Positions 26,989 to 34,179 of a DNA stretch of 40,399 nt are shown piece by piece (position 1 is the stretch's first letter; the number at the start of each line of letters is the position of its first letter). A model generated the notes under the pieces. The model had not been told where the DNA came from, searched no databases, and worked only from the letters and a program-made list of their open reading frames with translations. The stretch comes from an uncultured bacterium (lineage in GTDB: Bacteria; J088). Both the position numbers and the translations under genes were made by a program. The DNA is taken from contig CAZUAB010000002.1 in NCBI GenBank assembly GCA_964617795.1, forward strand, positions 1 to 40,399, in the 5' to 3' direction.

Positions 26989-29931
26989 TTGAACCGGTAC
27001 GTCATCGGGCGGGTGTGGACGCTGTCGATCCTGATTGCAGGACTGCTCGCGGCCCCCGTTCAAGCTCAGGATTACGACCCAGCGGACGCCCTCCTTGAGG
27101 GCGCTCCTGCTACTGCTCAGCCTGCGCCCGACGCATCTGCGGCGCCGGCCGAGGAGTCGTCATCCCCGGATCCGGCCGATGTGGTGGATGATCCGGCCGA
27201 TACGATTGCTGACCCGGCCGAGACGTCGCCGCCTCCGGATCCGGCCGAAGACCCGGTCGATGCGGTTGGAGACCCGGCGCCTCCCCAAGCGCCCGCACCG
27301 GCACCCGCTTCGGCCCCCGAGCCTAGCCCGCCTCCTGCGCCGGATCCGGCGGATTCCGTTCCGGCTGACCCTGCCGACAGCGTTCCCGCCGATCCCGCAC
27401 CGACGCCGGCGGCGGCCCCTGCCGCCGCGGCGGGTGGCGATGTGGCGGACGAGGTTTTGGCGCCGCCCCCTGCCGCAGCGCCCGCTGCCGAGCCGGCTGT
27501 CAGCGATGGGCTGGGCGCCGTGACCGAGGCTCCCAGTGAAGCTAGGCAGACCATTCAGGCCTCGGTGTCGATCAAGGAAATCGAGGCCGCCAGCCAGTTG
27601 TATGACGGTATCCTGATCCGCCGTAAAAACAAGGGTACACGGGGCGCACCCAATCGACTTGGTTTCACTGGTGTGTTCCGCGGGCTCACCGCCGACGTGC
27701 CGATTCGCAACAGTTTTCGCTTCGGCAGTCATTTTGGCTTCTACTCCGTGCCCGACCACTGGGACGATACGTCGCAGGATCATCTCGACGCCATCGGATT
27801 TTTCAGCTACTCGGTGCGCGACGATCTTGAGCTTCGCATAGCGGCGATGGCGACGGGTCATTCGTCGGGTACCATCTCGCGCTACGGCCAGGGTGCGCTG
27901 TTTCAGACGCTCGGTGACGTCTACCTCGGCGCCAAATATGTCTACAAAATCCCACCGCTGCCGTTTCTGTCGGTCGGTGGAGCCGCGGACATGCAGTTTT
28001 ACACCAAGGTTGGGCGGTTCCTGCTGCGCGGTGATGCAACCTCGTTTCTGGTCCAGGCCGTGGCGTCGATCGATCTCAACGGTACCAGTTGGTTCAAGAG
28101 GCAGGTTCCGGTTCGGGCCCACTTGACGCTGGGTTACAATCTGGACCGCTCATCCACGATTCTGGGCGATGTCGGCATCCCCAATGCCAGCACCTACGGC
28201 GGCTTCGGGCTTGCGGCTGGCGACAGCATTCCTTGGGTGCTTGCCGTCGATACGCAATTCGAGCCGCTCAGCTACTTCGTTGAATACTCCGCCGAGCCGG
28301 TCGTCCACGCGCGCACCGAGATCATGGAACGCCCAACGTGGAACCGGAGCCCGCAGCGGTTTACGTTCGGTGCGCGGTACAATCCCTACGAAAACATCCT
28401 GATCGACGGCGCCATTGATGTCTCTGCCGGCTTGCAAAAGCCCACGATGATCTTCGGACGCCGCGAACCGGTGTCTCCTCCGTACCAAATCCACCTTGGC
28501 TTGACCTACGAGTGGAACCCCCAAGGCTTCGAAATCATCGACCTTCGCGGCCAGGTGATCGGGATCGTCGTTGATGCCGGTACCGGTGAGCCTTTGGGCG
28601 GCGCCATCGTCGAATATGTGGACGGACCGCAGTTGACTCGCCAGATGTCCGACTTGCAAACCGGCGCCTTCCGTACATATTTGCTGCCGCCGGGTGAGGT
28701 GCTGCTCAAGGTACGGGCCGAAGGCTACGAATCCATCGTGGTCAATCCCGAGATCATCCGTCAGGAAACGATCGAAGAAAAAGTATTTCTGCGCCGTATG
28801 AGTGAGGCGCGCGGTCCGATCGGCGCGCTGGTCGGCAGTGTCGTCGACGAAGAAGGCAAGCCTGTTGTGGCCGAGATCAACTTCCTTGAGACCGACATCG
28901 GTGGTGTGCGGTCGCTGCAGGAAAACGGCGCCTTCCAGAAGATCCTGCCGGAGGGCGAGTACAAGGTCGAAGTTGCAGCACCGGGATTTGAAACCAAGGT
29001 GTATCTTGTGCCGGTTGTGCAGCGCAAGAAAACACGCGTCGTGTTTCAACTGTCGAGTGGTCGCAGTCTCGGTGCGCTGGCCGGGTCCGTGCGCGATGCC
29101 CAGAACCGTCCAATCGAGGCAACAGTGCTCTTTCTTGACGCGCAAGTCCCACCATTGGGCACCGATGCCACCGGTCAGTTCATGAAGGTGCTGCCGCCAG
29201 GCAACTATGCCATCGAATTGCGGTCCCGTGGCTTTCAGTCCAAACGGTTCCGGATGCCGGTCGAAGAGGGCCGCAAAACGGTGCTCGACGTGCAGCTCGA
29301 AGAAGAGCGTGCCGTCGGTGCGCTGGCTGGGCGGATCGTATCCCCGGACGGCAAGGGGCTGGCCGGTATCCTGACGTTCGCCAAACCGGGCGTGGCCCCC
29401 GTGCCCGCCGACCCCGAGACGGGCCGTTTTGAAGCCGTCCTCGAAGCCGGCAACTACGAAGTCCAGGTCGACGCCCCCGGTTTTGAACCGCGCCGTTACC
29501 GCATCCCCGTACTGCAGGGCAAGAAAACCGTTCAAGATTTCCAACTCACACCGCAGGCGGTACGGGCTGGCGGAGCTCGCCGCGAGGGCGATCAGATTTT
29601 GGCCGATGAGCCGATTACGTTCGAGCCCGGAACGGCGCTCTTGACGGCCGATGCGTACAGCCGGCTCAATGGCGTCGGCCAGGTGTTTCAGCGTCTTCCG
29701 CTCGATGCGAAACTGTCGATTGAGGCGCACACACACAACCTTGGACCGGCCAGTGCCAACCAACGCCTTTCGCAGGAACGGGCGGCGGCCGTGCGCGAGT
29801 ATCTGGTCGGTTTGGGGCTGCCTCCCGGCCGCCTTGATGCGGTGGGCTTCGGTGAAGACAAGCCGCTCGCCGACAACGGGACCGCCGAAGGCCGTGCGGC
29901 CAACGAGCGGATTGAATTCCGGATCCGTTGA
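26989..29931 (+). CDS. large OmpA-family envelope protein (signal peptide, Pro/Asp-rich region, putative beta-barrel, 4x CarboxypepD_reg/Ig-like repeats, OmpA_C domain)
   Basis: TTG start at 26989 with GGAGG 5 nt upstream. Signal peptide LLAAPVQA|QD. C-terminal OmpA-like domain ...NLGPASANQRLSQERAAAVREYLVGLGLPPGRLDAVGFGEDKPLADNGTAEGRAANERIEFRI. There are four ~82-aa repeats of the type GALAGSV.D..G.P..A...F.......T...G.F...LP.G.Y.V.V.A.GF......V.V..G..T...F.L. Confidence 0.85.
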   Translation: MNRYVIGRVWTLSILIAGLLAAPVQAQDYDPADALLEGAPATAQPAPDASAAPAEESSSPDPADVVDDPADTIADPAETSPPPDPAEDPVDAVGDPAPPQAPAPAPASAPEPSPPPAPDPADSVPADPADSVPADPAPTPAAAPAAAAGGDVADEVLAPPPAAAPAAEPAVSDGLGAVTEAPSEARQTIQASVSIKEIEAASQLYDGILIRRKNKGTRGAPNRLGFTGVFRGLTADVPIRNSFRFGSHFGFYSVPDHWDDTSQDHLDAIGFFSYSVRDDLELRIAAMATGHSSGTISRYGQGALFQTLGDVYLGAKYVYKIPPLPFLSVGGAADMQFYTKVGRFLLRGDATSFLVQAVASIDLNGTSWFKRQVPVRAHLTLGYNLDRSSTILGDVGIPNASTYGGFGLAAGDSIPWVLAVDTQFEPLSYFVEYSAEPVVHARTEIMERPTWNRSPQRFTFGARYNPYENILIDGAIDVSAGLQKPTMIFGRREPVSPPYQIHLGLTYEWNPQGFEIIDLRGQVIGIVVDAGTGEPLGGAIVEYVDGPQLTRQMSDLQTGAFRTYLLPPGEVLLKVRAEGYESIVVNPEIIRQETIEEKVFLRRMSEARGPIGALVGSVVDEEGKPVVAEINFLETDIGGVRSLQENGAFQKILPEGEYKVEVAAPGFETKVYLVPVVQRKKTRVVFQLSSGRSLGALAGSVRDAQNRPIEATVLFLDAQVPPLGTDATGQFMKVLPPGNYAIELRSRGFQSKRFRMPVEEGRKTVLDVQLEEERAVGALAGRIVSPDGKGLAGILTFAKPGVAPVPADPETGRFEAVLEAGNYEVQVDAPGFEPRRYRIPVLQGKKTVQDFQLTPQAVRAGGARREGDQILADEPITFEPGTALLTADAYSRLNGVGQVFQRLPLDAKLSIEAHTHNLGPASANQRLSQERAAAVREYLVGLGLPPGRLDAVGFGEDKPLADNGTAEGRAANERIEFRIR
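27343..27399 (+). repeat. tandem peptide repeat DPADSVPA x2 (+DPA) inside the Pro/Asp-rich region of the OmpA-family gene
   Basis: gatccggcggattccgttccggct (27343-27366) and gaccctgccgacagcgttcccgcc (27367-27390) encode the same 8 residues. They use different codons at 7 of the 8 positions. The wider region ~27066-27500 is rich in DPA(D/E) units. Confidence 0.8.
28549..29550 (+). repeat. four tandem ~82-83-aa domain repeats (CarboxypepD_reg/Ig-like) within the OmpA-family gene
   Basis: Repeat units begin near 28549 (GQVIGIVVDAGTGEP), 28822 (GALVGSVVDEEGKP), 29071 (GALAGSVRDAQNRP) and 29317 (GALAGRIVSPDGKG). The period of the last three is 246-249 nt. The repeats are diverged at the DNA level. 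Confidence 0.75.
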
Positions 29932-30950
29932 CGGTGGCGCCGCGTTTTCCCGATTCGGCCATTGCCAATCGCCCGGTCTGGCGCAGCGGGCAACGCGGAC
30001 ATCTCGAAAGCTGGTTCGCCAAAGGCAACGACCCGGCTAGCGGGCGAGCCTATTGGCTTAAATACACGCTGTGGGTACCCCGCGACCCTGCAGTGCAGGC
30101 CCTCTGTGAGACGTGGGCGGTTGTCTTTGACCCACAGAGCGGCAGGATCATCGCTGGCAAAGAGGAGCGGCCCATCGAATCCGCCCGGCTTGAGGCGACG
30201 CCGAGCATCGATTTCGGCAACGGCGCGCTCGTCGACGGGCATGTTCGCGGCGATATTGCCGATGATGCCGGCGGTCGACTGCGCTGGGATGTGCGCTGGC
30301 CCGCACCGTCAAATCCCCTCGTACCGTTTGCTTGGGACTGGATGTACCACGCGGGCATTCCGCGCTCCAAAACGGTGTCCCCACATCCTGATGTACGGGC
30401 CACGGGGTGGATCGAGTTTGCCGGCGAACGCTGGGCTTTTGAGGGAATTCCGGCCATGCAGGGCCACAATTGGGGGACCGAGCACGCGCCCCGTTACGCC
30501 TGGGGGCATTGCAATCTTTTTGTGGGCCTGGACGGCGCTTGGTTCGAGGGCTTTTCGGCCCGCATTCGTGTCGCGGGACGCCTGACGCCGCCAATTTCGG
30601 CGGCGGTTCTGCAGCTACCAGACGGGCGCCGCTTCGCCTTTAACGGAATTCGGGCGCTCCTTCGCGGCAAGGCCGAAATCAATGATCTGTCCTGGACCTT
30701 TGCCGTCGGCCGCAAGGACGGCTGGCGCCTCGAAGGGACAGCGGCGGCGAAGGCCGAGGCCATGGCCGGACTCACCTACCGCAACCCCGATGCACAGGCA
30801 TTGTGCTGCCTGAACAGCAAAGTGGCCGATTTGTCGCTGCGACTGATCGACCCCGATGGACGAACGGAAACGGAGCTGCAGTCCGATGCAGCGGCTGCGT
30901 TCGAGACTTTGACGCCGGCGCAGGATCATCCCGTCCGGATGCGAGTCTAG
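29928..30950 (+). CDS. hypothetical protein, weak tocopherol-cyclase-like / beta-sandwich hydratase-like motifs
   Basis: 340 aa. TTG start in a TTGA overlap with the OmpA-family stop, with an alternative GTG at 29934. HLESWFAKGND and MQGHNWGTEHAPRYAWGHCNLF loosely recall the fEGWYFr and eKdWG..fP..w.W.q.N.F motifs of tocopherol-cyclase-like proteins. There is no signal peptide. The assignment is tentative. Confidence 0.3.
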   Translation: MTVAPRFPDSAIANRPVWRSGQRGHLESWFAKGNDPASGRAYWLKYTLWVPRDPAVQALCETWAVVFDPQSGRIIAGKEERPIESARLEATPSIDFGNGALVDGHVRGDIADDAGGRLRWDVRWPAPSNPLVPFAWDWMYHAGIPRSKTVSPHPDVRATGWIEFAGERWAFEGIPAMQGHNWGTEHAPRYAWGHCNLFVGLDGAWFEGFSARIRVAGRLTPPISAAVLQLPDGRRFAFNGIRALLRGKAEINDLSWTFAVGRKDGWRLEGTAAAKAEAMAGLTYRNPDAQALCCLNSKVADLSLRLIDPDGRTETELQSDAAAAFETLTPAQDHPVRMRV

Positions 30951-30986
30951 GCGCGCTCCGGCAAGGCCTCACCGGCCCGCCTCATC

Positions 30987-30995
30987 TGCTATAAT
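30987..30995 (+). promoter_or_regulatory. candidate extended -10 promoter (TGcTATAAT) upstream of efp
   Basis: tgctataat at 30987-30995 is a perfect TATAAT with the TGn extension, 64 nt upstream of the efp ATG. AGGAG lies at 31044-31048. Confidence 0.45.
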
Positions 30996-31058
30996 CTTGG
31001 AGCCGACTACGGCGGACGAGTTCCGTTCGCCGGCAACCTTTTCAGGAGTGCGAAGGCC

Positions 31059-31619
31059 ATGATCGATACCAGTGATTTTCGCCGCGGATTGAAGATCCTG
31101 TTCGAAGGCGCGCCGTGGGAAGTTCTCGACTACCAGCATGTGAAAATGCAGATGCGCAAGGCGCATATGAAAACCCGCATGCGCAACCTACTGACGGGCG
31201 CCGTCCTCGAGAAAAACTTCCAGTCGACCGAAAAATTCCCCGTACCTGATCTGCAGTACCGCAAGATGCAGTACCTGTATAACGACGGTGGTTACGTGTT
31301 CATGGATCACCAAAGTTACGATCAGATCACATTCAACGACGATCAAGTGGCCGATGCGCGGCTGTACCTCAAGGAAAACCTCGACTGTGACGTGGTGTTT
31401 TTTGAGGGCAACCCGATCTCGATCAGCCTGCCCAATCACATGGTGCTGAAAATTACACGTACCGATCCGGGGCTCAAGGGCGATACGGTCTCCAACGTGA
31501 CCAAACCGGCAACGCTGGAGACCGGCGCCGTCGTGCATGTGCCTCTGTTCGTCAACGAGGGAGAGCACATTCGGGTCGATACACGCACCGGCGAGTACAT
31601 CGAGCGTGTTTCGGTCTGA
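31059..31619 (+). CDS. efp: translation elongation factor P (non-canonical loop)
   Basis: 186 aa, colinear with EF-P: FRRGLKILFEGAPWEV..., RKMQYLYNDGGYVFMD and DPGLKGDTVSNVTKPATLETGAVVHVPLFVNEGEHIRVDTRTGEYIERV. The beta3-beta4 loop reads VKMQMRKAH instead of VKPGKGQAF (see findings). Confidence 0.93.
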   Translation: MIDTSDFRRGLKILFEGAPWEVLDYQHVKMQMRKAHMKTRMRNLLTGAVLEKNFQSTEKFPVPDLQYRKMQYLYNDGGYVFMDHQSYDQITFNDDQVADARLYLKENLDCDVVFFEGNPISISLPNHMVLKITRTDPGLKGDTVSNVTKPATLETGAVVHVPLFVNEGEHIRVDTRTGEYIERVSV

Positions 31620-31734
31620 GGGTGGGGGGCGGCCCCGGCTCGCTGCCTTGACGCTCCGGGGCGGTTTCCACTAGCATGTACGATCGGGCTCGGAACCTGC
31701 GTTCCCCGCTTTTTGTCCGTGATGAAGGGACGTC

Positions 31735-34140
31735 GTGAAGGTCGACCGCAACAAGATTCTGCAGAAGGCTCAGGCCTATGTTCAGAAGAACCAGCTGGAC
31801 AAGGCCATTGCAGAATACGAGGTCCTGATTCGCGCCGATCCGACCGACGTCAGCTCGGTGTTGCGCTTGGCCGGTCTGTATCTGCGGGTTGACAAGCCCG
31901 CACAGGCCGTCGAGGCATACGTCAAGGCCGGTGATCGCTACAACAAAACGGGCTTTTACCAGAAGGCGTTGGCGGCGTTTAAGCAGGCCGTACAGTTGGA
32001 CCCGTCCTCTCCCGCGCTGCTGCAGCAGGTGGGCGAGGTCTACCTCAGCATGAACATGAAGGGCCAGGCGATCGACAATTTCGCCAAGGCCGGTGACTTG
32101 TACGCACGGGCCGGGAAGTCCGCCGAGGCGTTGGCGATGATGACGCGGGTGGTCGAGGCCGAGCCCGGGCGCCCCGATTACAAGGCCAAATACGGCGAAA
32201 TGCTCTATCAGGCCGGGCGCCACGATGAGTCTTTGGCGGTTTTCAGCGGCCTCGTCGAATTGCTCAAGCTCGAGGGTCAGTGGGAAGAGCTGGCCCGTTT
32301 TTATGAGCGTATTCTGCAACTGTTTCCCAGCGAGACCGCCTTTGGACTCGATCTGGCGCGGGTGTACCTGCGGCTGGGCATTGCCCCCAAGGCACAGCAG
32401 CGCCTCAAAATGGTCTACGATGCCGGCGAACGCAGCGCCGAGGTCTTTGATTTGCTGGCACGCTCGTATGCGCTGCTCGGCAAGAATGACCGCGCCGTAG
32501 GCGCCTATGTCGAAAAAGTGCGGCGCCTTGAGGCGGCGGGCGATCACGAAGAGATCCCCAAAACTTGGCGACGGGTCCTCGAAATCGACCCGACCAACGA
32601 ACACGCACTGCGGGCGCTCGGGGACGCTGATTCAACCGCCGCCGCGGCGGTTGAATCAGCGCCGAAGCGACGAGACTCCCGCACATCCGGTCGGGATATC
32701 AGCGTTGCGGAGGTGGTGGTTGCCGAGCGGGGCCCAACAAAGACCCCCGGGCCCGCCGCGACAGCCGGTTCCAACAGTGAGCTCAGCGGGATCTTGCAAG
32801 AAGCCAGCATCTATGTGCGCTTCGGTATCCCCGAGAAAGCCGTGCGCAAGATTGACCAGATTCTCGCTAGGGATCCCAACAACGTTCCAGCCTTGCATAA
32901 AAGGGTCGAGCTGATCAAGGCTGCACGGCCGGGCGATGCCGTTGTCGATCTGCTGCACTTGGCCGAGATTTACGAAGGCCTCGGCAATATGAAGGCATCG
33001 GATGATGCTGTCGCGGCGGCCAAAAAAATCGATTCGAAGCATCCACGGCTGCTGGAGTTTCTTGGCGAATTGCCTGTCGAACAAGCGGCAGCCGGGACCG
33101 CCAAGGTTGCGGCCAAGGCGGCCGTTGCTGATGTTGTCGAACTCAGCGACGACAGCGAGGTTGTGTTTCCCGACGCCGATGAATTTGTTGGCGGCGACGA
33201 TCATACCGAAGTCGATCTGCAGGCGCTGGCAGACGATGCTGTCGAACTCGATGTCGACGTCGATATCGAAGCCGGTGACGATGCGGATGCGCTGTCAGAC
33301 GAGGTGGCAGGGTCCGCCTCGCTTGGCGAGCCGCCGGCTTGGCAGGCTGAAATCGACGAGGTCCATTTTTATATTGATACGGAACACTTCGGCGAGGCGC
33401 GCGCGATACTCGGTGAATTGCGTCGGCGTTTTGGCGACGACCCGGTGTTCGCCGAACTGGAGGCGCGGATCCCGGATGCCCAGAAGGGGGCGCCGGCCGG
33501 GGCTGCAAAGCCGACCAAAGAGCGACCCGCAGCGGCCGTTCCACCGCCGGCACCGGCCGGTGGCGCCATGTTCGATCTGGCCCGCGAACTCGACATGGAC
33601 GATGAGCTTAGCTTCGGAGGTGTTGAGGTTGCACCTGGCGCCGAGGATGTGCCCGATTTTGAAGAGATCTTTGATGCATTCAAAAAAGGCGTCAAGGAGC
33701 AACTCGGCGACGATGATGCCGATGCGCATTACGACTTGGGCATTGCCTACATGGAGATGGGGCTGTTCGACGATGCCGTTTCGGAATTCGAAATTGCCCG
33801 TAGTAGCCCGGCCAAAGCCGCTGAAGCCTACTATATGGCGGCCGTTGCCTTGACCCGCAAAGGTGAACCGCAGGCCGCGATCGAGTATTATCGAGAGGGG
33901 CTAAAGACGCCGGATCTCGCACAGGGCATGAAACTCAATCTAAATTACGAACTGGCGATGGCGCTTGATGAAGTGGGCGACATGCGCAGTGCGTTGCAGC
34001 ATTTCAAGGCGGTACTTGAGATCGACCGTAATTACCGAGAGGTCGCGAAGTGCCTCAAGGCGATCCGCGAGAAGCTTGAGGCCAAAAAAGGGGCCGGTAC
34101 GCCGAGCGGCGGCGCACCCTCCAACGTCACCTATTTATAG
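31735..34140 (+). CDS. large cytoplasmic TPR-repeat protein with acidic central linker
   Basis: GTG start at 31735. N-terminal TPR array (KAIAEYEVLIRADPTD..., KALAAFKQAVQLDPSS..., ALAMMTRVVEAEPGRPD...). Isolated helical-hairpin units in the middle (ASIYVRFGIPEKAVRKIDQILARDPNN; VHFYIDTEHFGEARAILGELRRRFGDDP). Acidic stretch DDSEVVFPDADEFVGGDDHTEVDLQALADDAVELDVDVDIEAGDD. C-terminal TPRs (HYDLGIAYMEMGLFDDAVSEFEIA...). No signal peptide or TM helix. Confidence 0.8.
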   Translation: MKVDRNKILQKAQAYVQKNQLDKAIAEYEVLIRADPTDVSSVLRLAGLYLRVDKPAQAVEAYVKAGDRYNKTGFYQKALAAFKQAVQLDPSSPALLQQVGEVYLSMNMKGQAIDNFAKAGDLYARAGKSAEALAMMTRVVEAEPGRPDYKAKYGEMLYQAGRHDESLAVFSGLVELLKLEGQWEELARFYERILQLFPSETAFGLDLARVYLRLGIAPKAQQRLKMVYDAGERSAEVFDLLARSYALLGKNDRAVGAYVEKVRRLEAAGDHEEIPKTWRRVLEIDPTNEHALRALGDADSTAAAAVESAPKRRDSRTSGRDISVAEVVVAERGPTKTPGPAATAGSNSELSGILQEASIYVRFGIPEKAVRKIDQILARDPNNVPALHKRVELIKAARPGDAVVDLLHLAEIYEGLGNMKASDDAVAAAKKIDSKHPRLLEFLGELPVEQAAAGTAKVAAKAAVADVVELSDDSEVVFPDADEFVGGDDHTEVDLQALADDAVELDVDVDIEAGDDADALSDEVAGSASLGEPPAWQAEIDEVHFYIDTEHFGEARAILGELRRRFGDDPVFAELEARIPDAQKGAPAGAAKPTKERPAAAVPPPAPAGGAMFDLARELDMDDELSFGGVEVAPGAEDVPDFEEIFDAFKKGVKEQLGDDDADAHYDLGIAYMEMGLFDDAVSEFEIARSSPAKAAEAYYMAAVALTRKGEPQAAIEYYREGLKTPDLAQGMKLNLNYELAMALDEVGDMRSALQHFKAVLEIDRNYREVAKCLKAIREKLEAKKGAGTPSGGAPSNVTYL

Positions 34141-34179
34141 TCGCGTACGAGCGCGGGACCAGGGGCAGGGCACCGAGAT

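Noticed and set aside
32456-32471. Sigma-54-like TGGCACGCTCGTATGC.
   Set aside because: It lies inside the TPR coding sequence, and the GC of the -12 element is displaced by one position relative to TGGCACG-N4-TTGC. Other TGGCAC occurrences (e.g. 2975, 3106, 26895, 34368) lack a TTGC partner.
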